Of a stretch of 64,000 bases of DNA, positions 37,201 to 52,879 are shown one piece after another. This DNA comes from Eledone cirrhosa. Taxonomy: Eukaryota. Under the pieces are notes generated by a model. It had not been told where the DNA came from and did not search any database. It was given only the letters and a program-made list of their open reading frames with translations. How positions within the stretch are numbered: position 1 is the first letter of the stretch; every line of letters starts with the position of its first letter. The DNA is taken from contig OZ024754.1 of the NCBI GenBank assembly GCA_964016885.1, positions 26,598,001-26,662,000 of the forward strand, given 5' to 3'. A program made the position numbers and the translations under genes.

Positions 37201-40200
37201 AGGTTATGGTAAATACCAATTGGCCAATGTTTGAATCTACCCGAGGTTATGGTAAATACCAGTTGGCCAATGTTTGACTCTACCCGAGGTTATGGTAAAT
37301 ACCAGTTGGCCAATGTTTGACTCTACCCGAGGTTATGGTAAATACCAATTGGCCAAGGTTTGACTCTACCCGAGGTTATGGTAAATACCAGTTGGCCAAG
37401 GTCTGACTCTACCCGAGGTTATGGTAAATACCAATTGGCCAAGGTTTGAATCTACCCGAGGTTATGGTAAATACCAATTGGCCAAGGTTTGAATCTACCC
37501 GAGGTTATGGTAAATACCAGTTGGCCAAGGTTTGACTCTACCCGAGGTTATGGTAAATACTTGTTGGCCAAGGATTGACCCTACCCGAGGTTATGGTAAA
37601 TACCAATTGGCCAAGGATTGACTCTACCCAAGGTTATGGTAAATACCAGTTGGCCAATGTTTGACTCTACCCGTGGTTATGGTAAATACTAGTTGGCCAA
37701 GGTTTGACTCTACCCGAGGTTATGGTAAATACCAATTGGCCAAGGTTTGACACTACCCGAGGTTATGGTAAATACCAGTTGACCAAGGTTGGACTCTACC
37801 CGAGGTTATGGTAAATATCAGTTGGCCAAGGATTGACTCTACCCGAGCTATGGTAAATACCAATTGGCCAAGGATTGACTCTACCCGTGGTTATGGTAAA
37901 TACCAATTGGCCAAGGATTGACTCTACCCGTGGTTATGGTAAATACCAGTTTGCCAAGGATTGACTCTACCCGTGGTTATGGTAAATACCAATTGGCCAA
38001 GGATTGACTCTACCCGAGGTATGGTAAATACCAATTGGCCAAGGTTTGACTCTACCCGAGGTTATGGTAAATACCAATTGGCCAATGTTTGACTCTACCC
38101 GAGGTTATGGTAAATACCAATTGGCCAAGGTTTGACTCTACCCGAGGTTATGGTAAATACCAGTTGGCCAAGGTCTGACTCTACCCGAGGTTATGGTAAA
38201 TACCAATTGGCCAAGGTTTGAATCTACCCGAGGTTATGGTAAATACCAGTTGGCTAATGTTTGACTCTACCCGAGTTTATGGTAAATACCAATTGGCCAA
38301 GGTTTGACTCTACTTGAGGTTATGGTAAATACCAGTTGGCCAAGGTTTGACTCCACCCGAGGTTATGGTAAATACCAATTGGCCAAGGATTGACTCTACC
38401 CGTGTTTATGGTAAATACCAATTGGCCAAGGATTGACTCTACCCGTGGTTATGGTAAATACCAGTTGGCCAAGGTTTGACTCTACCCGTGGTTATGGTAA
38501 ATACCAGTTTGCCAAGGATTGACTCTACCCGTGGATATGGTAAATACCAATTGGCCAAGGATTGACTCTACCCGAGGTTATGGTAAATACCAGTTGGCCA
38601 AGGTTTGACTCTACCCGATGTTATGGTAAATACCAATTGGCCAAAGATTGATTCTACCCGAGGTGTATGGTAAATACCAGTTTGCCAAGGTTTGACTCTA
38701 CCCGAGGTTATGGTAAATACCAATTGGCCAAGGATTGACTCTACCCGAGGTCTATGGTAAATACCAGTTGGCCAAGGTCTGACTCTACCCGAGGTTATGG
38801 TAAATACCAGTTGGCCAATGTTTGACTCTACCCGAGGTTATGGGAAATACCAATTGGCCAAGGTTTGACTCTACCCGAGGTTATGGTAAATACCAATTGG
38901 CCAATGTTTGACTCTACCCGAGGTTATGGTAAATACCAATTGGCCAAGGTTTGACTCTACCCGAGGTTATGGTAAATACCAGTTGGCCGAGGTCTGACTC
39001 TACCCGAGATTATGGTAAATACCAATTGGCCAAGGTTTGAATCTACCCGAGGTTATGGTAAATACCAGTTGGCCAATGTTTGACTCTACCCGAGTTTATG
39101 GTAAATACCAGTTGGCCAAGGTTTGACTCTACCCGAGGTTATGGTAAATACCAATTGGCCAAGGTTTGACTCTACCCGAGGTTATGGTAAATACCAATTG
39201 GCCAATGTTTGATTCTACCCGAGGTTATGGTAAATACCAATTGGCTAAGGTTTGACTCTACCCGAGGTTATGGTATATACTAGTTGTCCAAGATTTGACT
39301 CTACCCGAGTTTATGGTAAATACCAGTTGGCCAAGGTTTGACTCTACCCGATTTATGGTAAATACCAATTGGCCAATGTTTGACTCTACCCGAGGTTATG
39401 GTAAATACCAATTGGCCAAGGTTTGACTCTACCCGAGGTTATGGTAAATACCAGTTGGCCAAGGTCTGACTCTACCCGATGTTATGGTAAATACCAATTG
39501 GCCAAGGTTTGAATCTACCCGAGGTTATGGTAAATACCAGTTGGCCAATGTTTGACTCTACCCGAGTTTATGGTAAATACCAATTGGCCAAGGTTTGAAT
39601 CTACCCGAGGTTATGGTAAATACCAGTTGGCCAATGTTTGACTCTACCCGAGGTTATGGTAAATACCAATTGGCCAAGGTTTGACTCTACTTGAGGTTAT
39701 GGTAAATACCAGTTGGCCAAGGTTTGACTCTACCCGAGGTTATGGTAAATACCAATTGGCCAAGGATTGACTCTTCTCGTGGTTATGGTAAATACCAGTT
39801 AGCCAATGTTTGACTCTACCCGAGGTTATGGTAAATACCAATTGGCCAATGTTTGACTCTACCCGAGGTTATGGTAAATACCAATTGGCTAAGGTTTGAC
39901 TCTACCCGAGGTTATGGTATATACTAGTTGTCCAAGATTTGACTCTACCCGAGTTTATGGTAAATACCAGTTGGCCAAGGTTTGACTCTACCCGATTTAT
40001 GGTAAATACCAATTGGCCAATGTTTGACTCTACCCGAGGTTATGGTAAATACCAATTGGCCAAGGTTTGACTCTACCCGAGGTTATGGTAAATACCAGTT
40101 GGCCAAGGTCTGACTCTACCCGATGTTATGGTAAATACCAATTGGCCAAGGTTTGAATCTACCCGAGGTTATGGTAAATACCAGTTGGCCAATGTTTGAC

Positions 40201-43200
40201 TCTACCCGAGTTTATGGTAAATACCAATTGGCCAAGGTTTGAATCTACCCGAGGTTATGGTAAATACCAGTTGGCCAATGTTTGACTCTACCCGAGGTTA
40301 TGGTAAATACCAATTGGCCAAGGTTTGACTCTACTTGAGGTTATGGTAAATACCAGTTGGCCAAGGTTTGACTCTACCCGAGGTTATGGTAAATACCAAT
40401 TGGCCAAGGTTTGACTCTACCCGAGGTTATGGTAGATACCAATTGGCCAATGTTTGACTCTACCCGATATTATGGTAAATACCAATTGGCCAAGGTTTGA
40501 CTCTACCCGAGGTTATGGTAAATACCAATTGGCCAATGTTTGACTCTACCCAAGGTTATGGTAAATACCAATTGGCCAAGGTTTGACTCTACCCGAGGTT
40601 ATGGTAAATACCAGTTGGCCAAGGTCTGACTCTACCCGAGGTTATGGTAAATACCAATTGGCCAAGGTTTGAATCTACCCGAGGTTATGGTAAATACCAG
40701 TTGGCCAATGTTTGACTCTACCCGAGTTTATGGTAAATACCAATTGGCCAAGGTTTGAATCTACCCGAGGTTATGGTAAATACCAGTTGGCCAATGTTTG
40801 ACTCTACCCGAGTTTATGGTAAATACCAATTGGCCAAGGTTTGAATCTACCCGAGGTTATGGTAAATACCAGTTGGCCAATGTTTGACTCTACCCGAGGT
40901 TATGGTAAATACCAATTGGCCAAGGTTTGACTCTACCCGAGGTTATGTTAAACCCCAGTTGGTCAAGGTTTGACTCTACCCGAGGTTATGGTAAATACCA
41001 ATTGGCCAAGGATTGACTCTACTCGTGGTTATGGTAAATACCAGTTGGCCAATGTTTGACTCTACCCGAGGTTATGGTAAATACCAATTGGCCAAGGTTT
41101 GAATCTACCCGAGGTTATGGTAAATACCAGTTGGCCAAGGTTTGACTCTACTTGAGGTTATGGTAAATACCAGTTGGCCAAGGTTTGACTCTACCCGAGG
41201 TTATGGTAAATACCAATTGGCCAAGGTTTGACTCTACCCGAGGTTATGGTAAATACCAATTAACCAAGGTTTGACTCTACCCGAGGTTATGGTAAATACC
41301 AATTGGCCAAGGTTTGACTCTACCCGAGGTTATGGTAAATACCAGTTGGCCAAGGTCTGACTCTACCCGAGGTTATGGTAAATACCAATTGGCCAAGGTT
41401 TGAATCTACCCGAGGTTATGGTAAATACCAGTTGGCCAATGTTTGACTCTACCCGAGTTTATGGTAAATACCAATTGGCCAAGGTTTGAAACTACCCGAG
41501 GTTATGGTAATTACCAGTTGGCCTAATGTTTGACTCTACCCGAGGTTATGGTAAATACCAATTGGCCAAGGTTTGACTCTACTTGAGGTTATGGTAAATA
41601 CCAGTTGGCCAAGGTTTGACTCTACCCGAGGTTATGGTAAATACCAATTGGCCAAGGTTTGACTCTACCCGAGGTTATGGTAAATACCAATTGGCCAATG
41701 TTTGACTCTACCCGAGGTTATGGTAAATACCATTTGGCCAAGGTTTGACTCTACCCGAGGTTATGGTAAACCCCAGTTGGTCAAGGTTTGACTCTACCCG
41801 AGGTTATGGTAAATACCAATTGGCCAAGGATTGACTCTACTCGTGGTTATGGTAAATACCAGTTGGCCAATGTTTGACTCAACCCGAGGTTATGGTAAAT
41901 ACCAATTGGCCAATGTTTGACTGTACCCGAGGTTATGGTAAATACCAATTGGCCAAGGTTTGACTCTACCCGAGGCTATGGTATATACTAGTTGTCCAAA
42001 ATTTGACTCTACCCGAGTTTATGGTAAATACCAGTTGGCCAAGGTTTGACTCTACCCGAGGTTATGGTAAATACCAGTTGGCCAATGTTTGACTCTACCC
42101 GAGGTTATGGTAAATACCAATTGGCCAAGGTTTGACTCTACCCGAGGTTATGGTAAATACCAATTGGCCAAGGATTGACTCTACCCGAGGTTATGGTAAA
42201 TACCAATTGGCCAAGGTTTGACTCTACCCGAGGTTATGGTAAATACCAGTTGGCCAAAGTTTGACCCTACCCGAGTTTATGGTAAATACCAGTTGGCCAA
42301 TGTTTGACTCTACCCGAGGTTATGGTAAATACCAATTGGCCAAGGTTTGACTCTACCCGAGATTATGGTAAATACCAATTGGCCAAGGTTTGACTCTACC
42401 CGAGGTTATGGTAAATACCAGTTGGCCAAGGTTTGACTCTACCCGAGGTTATGGTAAATACCAATTGGCCAAGGTTTGACTCTACCCGAGATTATCGTAA
42501 ATACCAGTTGGCCAAGGTCTGACTCTACCCGAGGTTATGGTAAATACTAGTTAGCCAATGTTTGACTCTACCCGAGGTTATGGTAAATATCTGTTGGCCA
42601 ATGTTTGACTCTACCCGAGGTTATGGTAAATACCAGTTGGCCAATGTTTGACTCTACCCGAGGTTATGGTAATTACCAGTTGGCCAATGTTTGACTCTAC
42701 CCGAGATTATGGTAAGTACCAATTGGCCAAGGTTTGACTCTACCCGAGGTTATGGTAAATACCAATTGGCCAAGGTTTGACTCTACCCGATGTTATGGTA
42801 AGTACCAATTGGCCAAGGTTTGACTCTACCCGAGGTTATGGTAAATACCAATTGGCCAAGGTTTGACTCTACCCGAGGTTATGGTAAGTACCAATTGGCC
42901 AAGGTTTGACTCTACCCGAGGTTATGGTAAATACTAGTTGGCCAAGCTTTGATTCTACCCGAGGTTATGGTAAATACCAATTGGCCAATGTTTGACTCTA
43001 CCCGAGGTTATGGTAAATACCAGTTGGCTAATGTTTGACTCTACCCGAGGTTATGGTAAGTACCAATTGGCCAAGGTTTGACTCTACCCGAGGTTATGGT
43101 AAATACTAGTTGGCCAAGCTTTGATTCTACCCGAATTGTGGTAAATACCAATTGGCCAAGGTTTGACTCTACCCGAATTTATGGTAAATAATAGTTGGCC

Positions 43201-43290
43201 AAGGTTTGATTCTACCCGAGGTTATGGTAAGTACCAATTGGCCAAGACATGACTCTACCCGAGGTTATGGTAAATACCAGTTGGCCAAGA
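34248..43290. repeat. Satellite array, 43-bp unit (ggccaaggtttgactctacccgaggttatggtaaatacca[g/a]tt), about 210 copies
   Basis: Period of 43 read directly (ggcc at 34296 and 34339). Highly homogeneous, no spacers. Confidence 0.97.
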
Positions 43291-43665
43291 TGCCATGCAA
43301 AGGTATAAAATAGGTCCCTAATAAATTGGGACGTGAATTCTTTAACCATTACCTCAGCTACGTCCAACCATTACCTCAGCTACGTCCACACATTAAACAA
43401 TATGAAAAATAAAACAACAAATAAACTAGAAAGCAGCGTTGAAAGTTTTACTGCATATTTCCATATTTTAGCTTGGCAAATTACTACCTCTTGTTTTGAT
43501 GTTACTGATATATTATCATTACTGGTTTAAGAAGCTTTGTTATGTAACCTTTAATTACAGGGTATAAAACACAACTATTTCAGTAAAGTAAAGTAATACA
43601 GGTTTTTACATCTTTGTATCTCCGGTAACAATATATATACATATGTATGTGTGTGCGTGCGCGCG

Positions 43666-43829
<164 letters not shown>

Positions 43830-44565
43830 TAGATAAATAATTATACAAACATACATACATATATACATACCGACAGACATACGGACACACAGATACACAC
43901 ACACACACATATATATATATACATAAATATGTATGTCTCGCTGTGTGTCTGAGTATGTGTATATCCATACATACACACACATATATATATTCACATATCA
44001 ATGTAAAATAATTTGTTGATTTGTTATTTTTTATGTTAAGATAAAAGTGTCTAGCCGGTTTAATGGTTTCATAAGTAATAATAACTCTGTTGTTGTTTCA
44101 GTCTTTGTAATCACGCAAACCATTCAGATGGCATCGTTTCAACTATGGAAATTGTTATTGCAGTAATTTGTCTCACATACGACAACCTAATACATACAGT
44201 TTCGATAAATTCTCTAGCAATTCGGTCTAGCAGCATATAAAGAGCAGGAGAACTTGATATTTATAACCTTAATAATTCTTTATTAATTCACTACTTAGTA
44301 ATATTATGTATACGAAGGACAGATCACATACATTATATGATTCATATAGCAATTATATTCGTTTTATGTAGTTTTAGAAACCACTGGCACGGTACGGTAA
44401 GTGCTGTACTTTGTTTGACGTAAGTTTTCAGCAAGATATGGCTGACTGATTTTATAGAACAATGAAAAGTATAACCAATCTATCTAGAGTGGTGTCAGAT
44501 CGGACCAATGAAACCTATATTTCCATTGCTAAAGCTATGAGAGTATCTACCGGTGAAAAGAACCG

Positions 44566-44673
<108 letters not shown>

Positions 44674-44732
44674 AGTATTAACATTTTGTAGTGCCTCTTC
44701 ACTTCTACGTTGTTTTTTTGTTTACTGTTTCA

Positions 44733-44818
<86 letters not shown>

Positions 44819-45077
44819 AAAATAATTCCTCTGATATTAATAACATAAATCAACCTTATAACCAGCATAACTTACATATAAACAAAAATAACAAAAGGAG
44901 TAGAAAAGCCAGATCCCGTTCTATAATATGGTACTCTCCACCAATATCCCTAAGAATCAAAACCAGTTTCGTTCAACAGTTCATTCGCGTGTGCATACAT
45001 ACACGTACACACACACATACAATACAATATAATATAGAATGACAGCAAAATAAACAAAAAAGAGGATACACACTCAG

Positions 45078-45135
<58 letters not shown>

Positions 45136-45518
45136 ATATATATATTATTATATAATAAACAACATAAGGCAATTATTCCATTTACCAGTGGTTTCTTAAA
45201 AGCAAAAGGTTTTGCTTTCAATCCTCAGAACGGAAAAAGCTGGTTTGTTTATTGAATTTGGATTACAAAACCAAAAATGCAATATATATGAAAGTGAGGC
45301 TGGAGAAGGGAGAAGGAAAGGAAAAATAAAATAAAATAAAACTACGCATGCAAACACACACAAAAAAACCCAAAAGCATATTTACACACACATACATATA
45401 TACATATATATATGTACGCATACATATATACATATACACATATATATAAAACGTACACTTACCTACACAAACACATATATACACACATATACACATACAT
45501 ACATTAATACATATACAC

Positions 45519-45569
<51 letters not shown>

Positions 45570-45594
45570 TATCCACACACATATATATATGTAC

Positions 45595-45627
<33 letters not shown>

Positions 45628-45811
45628 TATACACATATACACACATACACATACACACACATACACATGTGTGTGTACAAGCATACACATACACAAACAT
45701 AGCCATACACACACACATATATATACACACATACATACATTCACACAAACATACAAAACGTACATACATACACATACATGAATGCACTCCTCTACATATT
45801 CACACACGCAA

Positions 45812-45919
<108 letters not shown>

Positions 45920-46519
45920 CAATTCTGTCGTCGTTTCTCTCTTCAGAACAAACAGTAAACTTGGGAGAATATATACATGAAATTCGATTATGATATCGAT
46001 GTGGGGGAGGGAGAGTGTAGGGGAGGGGGACAAAGCGATACATATTTCATAGCCTTGTAAATGTTTGCAGTGAGAAAGTTATATATTATATTATTAGATT
46101 TAGAAAAATATATTGTATTTCTTGTGAAAGGAAAACAAATATTTTCCCCTAGTCTTGGAAGAATTAGTGTAATGAAGTAACCAGACTCTAAGGAATGAAA
46201 CACAAACTAAAGTTCCGGTTTGTCTGAAGCTTCTATCAAACCTACAATGTTTAATATATTTTGTCGATATTTTCATGGTAATATTTAATGAGGTAAACTA
46301 ATTAATGTATTTCAGTATGATTACTTGTTATTAACGCTTTCGTTTTCATATTTCTGATGAAATGAAAATAAAAAGACTGACTATGGTTTAGGAATAATTT
46401 TGAAAATCCTCAAGGATTCAAGAGAAGTAATATAACCAACTTTCTCATTAATTAGCTGGTAATTGGGGCATAACTTAACAAATGTTCATACATGAAATTA
46501 TGAGGAAAGGTTTTTAGAT

Positions 46520-46698
46520 TGAATTAAGAGTAGGAGCTGGTGCAGTAAATGCACCAGCTTCACCATTCAATCATAAAAAGAAGGGAGGTAGGTGTTAAAG
46601 CTAAACTCGCTACCTTCAATTTGGTATTCGTGCCAAGTAGAGACACTCCAAGTAGAGCCACTACTTCTCCGAATTGAGAGATTACAGATCCGATACTA
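46520..46698 (+). mobile_element. Decayed RTE-type LINE fragment
   Basis: Matches 53617-53930 (gctggtgcagtaa.tgcaccagc, aaagctaaactcgct, gtagagccactacttctccgaattgagaga). Confidence 0.65.
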
Positions 46699-46700
46699 CT

Positions 46701-46900
46701 AGAAGAAGAAGAAGAAGAAGAAGAAGAAGAAGAAGAAGAAGAAGAAGAAGAAGAAGAAGAAGAAGAAGAAGAAGAAGAAGAAGAAGAAGAAGAAGAAGAA
46801 GAAGAAGAAGAAGAAGAAGAAGAAGAAGAAGAAGAAGAAGAAGAAGAAGAAGAAGAAGAAGAAGAAGAAGAAGAAGAAGAAGAAGAAGAAGAAGAAGAAG
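46701..46900. repeat. Long pure (GAA)n tract (~200 bp) followed by short (GCG)n
   Basis: Direct reading. Confidence 0.97.
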
Positions 46901-47183
46901 GCTGCGGCGGCGGCGGCGGCTTTTAGATAAATATAAAAATATAAAAATAAAACGTTTTGTAACATAGAACCAGGGTAGTTTCATGTTGTTTTGGTATTAA
47001 AGGTTATGGTCTAGCATTAGTGAGGATAAGAAAAACTATCGGATAGACTTGTAACTGTGATTTAAAGTATACCTGTTCGTCACACAGACAGTCAGACAAA
47101 GAGACACACGGTTACATTTTGAATGAGCGTCTTGATTACGTAATGCGAACAGGTTGTCCATACAATTCTTACACTACAGTACT

Positions 47184-47238
<55 letters not shown>

Positions 47239-47719
47239 AGTAAGAATATTTTCGAAACAGCGAGTGGGTTTGAAATTATTAGAAATGTAAGCTATCGCCG
47301 TATTTTGACTAAAGAAATTAAAGAAATTATTTAGCCTGATAGTGGGGTTAAGAACCCTCAGAGAAATGGAAAAAGATGAGTATTGACGTACATATATATA
47401 TATTTATATATATGTATGTGGGTGGGGGACGTGTAACTTCTGATTAGATTGTAAGGGCGCCGTCGTGGCATTTTAAACCTGGCGGTGCCTATCTCTCTCT
47501 ACGTCTAATTACAGCTGATTTCTTCCAGAGAAGAAGCAAAGTGATAAAGAAGAAGTGGGAAAGAGACATAGAAGAAAGATCAACCACAGAACTTGACTAT
47601 AACTTCATTTATCGACACCGAAAAGATGTGAAGTCAGAGCGCAGAGATCCGGAACGAATACTGCAAAATATTGTAGCCAACGTTCTAGCGATCTTGAAAA
47701 TTCACAGTTTACTCTACGG

Positions 47720-48036
47720 CAGGGGTTCTCAACCTTTTTTTCGCTGTGGACCACCAAAATAAGTATTTTTTTCCTGTGGACCACCTAAACTTTAAAATCT
47801 TTTGTAATAGAACTGCTGCTTATAAGCATCAGTAGATGGTTATTTTCAATGAATTAGAAAATGCTATTATCATGTCGCAGTGCCTAAAAATCTACGCAAA
47901 TAAACAGCTGAAGCCGTACTTATGCGAATAATAAGAACAGCGTTTTAAGTCAAATGCATGGATCAAAAAAGAATTTGCTATTGAAAGTTTTCTGCGGACC
48001 ACTAGTGGTCCACATGAATCAGGTTGAGAACCCCTG
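47720..48036. mobile_element. hAT (Charlie-like) MITE, 317 bp
   Basis: Perfect 15-bp TIR CAGGGGTTCTCAACC / GGTTGAGAACCCCTG. 8-bp TSD CTCTACGG at 47712-47719 and 48037-48044. Confidence 0.93.
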
Positions 48037-48462
48037 CTCTACGGTATATAATGTATAAATAACCATTGAGGGAACCAGCGGAACACTCATCGATGAAACT
48101 ATGCGAGATGATCCATCGAGTGAAATCGGTATTACTTAAACGAAGAATCAAATTCAGTCTGACAACATTACCCAGATTGATGAACTCTATCAAGTGTACC
48201 AATTTTCAAATATATAAATAGCTTTTGTTTGGCAACCATTTGAGGCCGGGATTCGATCTGCTTCTAATAGTCATGTGTAGTCACCATGTATAGTCATGGA
48301 AGCTAATGATAGATGTACACATACACATACATATATATATATACACATATGCACACATTTACATACACACACATATGCGTGCGTGTATGTAAGTATATAT
48401 AAACACACATACACACACATATGCATGCGTGTATGCATATATATATACATACATACATACAT

Positions 48463-49070
48463 GGTGACTGCCAACTCGTTTTCGAGTACGGCCACTACTT
48501 TATATCCATGTAGGAGAACCCCTACCGATGCGCTCAATGAGTGTGACTTTTTAGTCCAGCCAGCGACTTGAAAACTCTGGTACAAACACTACACTTGTGA
48601 CAATTATTGACACAGTGCTGGGCCCATGGTACCATGTGATGACAAGTGCAGAGAGATCTCCAGATATAAAGCAATGCCTGTGCCGTGAAGCTTTTATAGT
48701 GAGCAAAGGCACTGCACAAAGCCAGTCCCACTCTCTTAACCAAGATGATATTTACCAAAAAGAAGAACAAGTCAACATCATTGAATACCATCAGGGTTGC
48801 AGGTGTTATATCAGAGTTTTCCTTCTCCTAGAATTCTGCCTTGACAAATGCTAAGGGGTCATCTCTCCCGGTGATTTTGGATGGCCATTGACTCTTAAGA
48901 GCTCCTTTGCCCTTTGACAGGTTTGGTTTTTGGTCCTGCAGGATGTCCAAAGTCACCCTCCTCACCAAGAAACCTTGGTGGGGTTGCCAGTTTAGTCGCC
49001 AACGACCCGACCATGAAACAGGTTGTACTGGGATACATGTTACCAGTAGCACCAACTGGTGACCTGACAT
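48463..49070 (-). mobile_element. Second copy of the RTE-type 5' region, without the ORF tail
   Basis: High identity to 19422-20020. Confidence 0.75.
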
Positions 49071-49095
49071 AACATATTTACATACATACATACAC

Positions 49096-49574
<479 letters not shown>

Positions 49575-49733
49575 ACACATATATCATATTTAACTTTAAT
49601 AAAAGCAGTTACTCTTAATACAAGATTCGCCGGCCAGCTGTTCACAAGGCAGATGTGACCAGATTGAATAAAAGAAACTATTCAGTTACTTCACCTCTAA
49701 TTATAGACGGCCTGTCTATGTCAATGTTATAAC

Positions 49734-49811
<78 letters not shown>

Positions 49812-50003
49812 AATATATATGCATGTGTGTACGTGTGTGTGTGAATGTTATTAAAGACGACTATGTTTTAAATTTGTTAAAAGATTTTTCACAATTCGTT
49901 TGGAACAAATCTCCTAAATTCCTCACGGATATAGATATATATATACGCATATATATATATATACGCATATACATATATGCATATACACATATGCAAATAT
50001 GTG

Positions 50004-50040
<37 letters not shown>

Positions 50041-50045
<5 letters not shown>

Positions 50046-50191
50046 TAGCGAGGTTTTTTATATGAAATCGTGTGTCGAAACAGATATTGTTATACTTGGG
50101 GAGGGTCATATTTGCGTAATATTGCCAGACAGTGAGTGTGTTCTGTTATTAATTCTGGCAATATTACGCAAATATGACCCTCCCCAAGTAT

Positions 50192-50196
<5 letters not shown>
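50041..50196. mobile_element. Miniature fold-back copy of the 4706-5403 family
   Basis: 50041-50129 matches ~4705-4791. 50129-50196 is the reverse complement of ~4750-4818. Flanked by (TA)n. Confidence 0.85.
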
Positions 50197-50267
<71 letters not shown>

Positions 50268-50825
50268 GCACACACATATATATATATGTATATATATTCA
50301 ATTCTATATACACACATGCATGCCTATAGACTCGATCAACTTACAAAACACCAGAATGTGAAAAACTTACAGTGAGTTTGGTCCACTGCAGATAGTAAAA
50401 TAAATATGTAATATAGGAAGAAGCAAAGTTTCTTTCTTTTTTTTAATACCTGATAATGATAACATCTTAAATATGACTTAAAATATAAAAAGCAGATTTT
50501 GTCTTGCAGCACATATGTGCGTTTTAAAAGTTTCTACTTTGCCAATAAAGTTGTGATATTCTATCTGCGAGATCTCGTCTTATATTGACGTTGCTTGTAA
50601 GCATCTTGGTGTGATTCACAGATTAATGAGTGCTCATCTATATGTATATACACATATACATAGATACATACACATACATACACATACATAGAAACATACA
50701 TAGAAATATATACATAGAAACACATACATAGAAATACATACATAGATACATACTTGCATAAATGAATAAACACATAAATACACTCATAAATACATACATC
50801 GACACGCACAAATACATACGTAAAT

Positions 50826-51897
50826 GATGATGGCTGCCCTCTCGTTATCGAGTAGGGCTATTGCACGAAAAATAAAAACATATATATTAATAATTAACGG
50901 TGCTGCGATCGAATGTGACTTTGTAGCCCAAGCAATGATCTAAAATGGCTTGCACAGAGTTGGCAACCAAAACATTCACTGGTCATATCCGGCTGTGGTT
51001 GGATTTCATGTACTTTTGCATGTCGTTTGAGCCCCCTGCTGATCTACACTCTCTTCCACATGCTCGGCAGGTATGATGAGCAGCATCTCCGACAGCAGCC
51101 TGGTAGTCAACCACTGGCCTCACTTTATGACTGCGAAGATGACTTTTGAGTCCAGCTTTGCTGAGGCAGAGTCTTGCACAGACCCTGCATGCCAGCGCCA
51201 TAGAAGGACCTTCGCTGTCTGGAAATGTAACAGCAATGCCCTTCCTCACATCCCTTTTTACTTTCTCGTATGTGATTCGAGATGCCTCAAAAGCAACTTT
51301 CCCCTCATGTACAGTCTTTCTCCATTTATTACGATCAGCAGCTACGCTTTCCGATGTATCAGCAGAGATTTTAGCGTCTTTCAAGGAGGTTTTCAACGAA
51401 TCCTTATACCTCATTTTTGGTTTATGTGAAAGTCATTTTCCTTTAACTAACTCTCCATAAAAGAGTTGTTTCGGAATTCTAGAATCCTTCATCCGGGCAA
51501 GGTGACCACTCCATTGGAGTCTTTGCTTAAGCACAAGAGTTTCTGTGCTTTCAGACAGAGAGCTTTCCAAAATCACTGATGTGGTCCCTCCAGTGAACGC
51601 CATGGATCCGTCTGAGACACATGTAATTGAAACATTCCAATTGCTTAAGGTGGTGTCGATATGTGACCCAAGTCTCGCAGGCATAAAGAAGAGAAGAGAG
51701 CATACATGCCCTGTACACCTTTACCTTTGTCTTCTTGCATATGTCTCGTCGACCCCAGAGTCGCCTTTCTAGCTTTCCAAAAGCATCACTTGCTTTCCTA
51801 ATCCTGAGTGGAATTTCATTATCAAGATTGCTGTATCGATTGACAGTGCTTCCCAGGTAGACAAACTGATCAACCATTCCAAATTTTTTTACCATAT
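50826..51897 (-). mobile_element. RTE (BovB-like) LINE 3' fragment with C-terminal C2H2-like fingers
   Basis: FVYLGSTV..LDNEI..RIRKASDAFGKL, LQWSGHLARM..RIPKQLFYGEL, RYKDSLK, CRVCARLCLSKAGLKSHLRSH. Frameshifted. Confidence 0.87.
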
Positions 51898-52879
51898 ACA
51901 TAGATATTTGGTCAGTACACATATACATACAAAATACTCATAGTAATACATACATATATAAATACACACACACATATATATATACATATACACATAAATA
52001 CATACAAAACTAACGAGCTTATATATATAATAATAATAGTCATAATCTAAACTATAAGAAAGTAAGGACTGCGGGACTGCATACGGTTTATTTCTTTTAA
52101 TCCAGTTAGTAAAATAAGCTGGATTACTATGAATAAATAATGAATGAATATTACATAATTTATGTACTAAATTTCGTAAACATAAATAATTTAAAATTGA
52201 CTTCTTTTCAAAGTTTCAAATTTCTATACTTCCGGTGTATCGTCACCACCACCACCACCACTTAAAACTACCATATATATAGAAAGAGAGAATGTGTGAT
52301 GAGAGAGATAGAGAGAGATTATGATTTTCTATACGATGACGCGTATGAGTGTGCACATACATACATCTATATGTATGAGTATATAACTATTATAAATATA
52401 TAACTATAATCGCGCAAACACAAACTTTTAAAAATACACGCTCACGGACATACATTCACAAAAATACACATACTTTCACACAAATACACATACTTTCACA
52501 CAAATACACAAAATTCACACATACTTTCACACAAACATACATACATTCACCCATATACATTTACACAAACACACACATGCAGTCATGATAGCAGCGTTCG
52601 GTGAATTGGAAATGGGAGGGTAAAACAAGTATAACGTATTATTTATTTATTAACTCCTTTTTAAAAAAAACTCATTTAATATAATGGTTACAGAACGAAA
52701 ACACTAACAAATATAATATATACAAAGGAAAAGGAAAGGAAAAAAAGAAAGAGAAATAATACACAAGCAGGTAATACACACATCTTAGACCACATAGAAC
52801 AAAATGCAGGTGAAAGAGTGGAAAACGAGCTGCTACCAGAGCAAAAGATAGCAATATAGCGAGGAACACTGGGAAACCT

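Noticed and set aside
34248-43290. CRISPR-like array
   Set aside because: Contiguous 43-bp monomers with no unique spacers, no cas genes, and a eukaryotic context.
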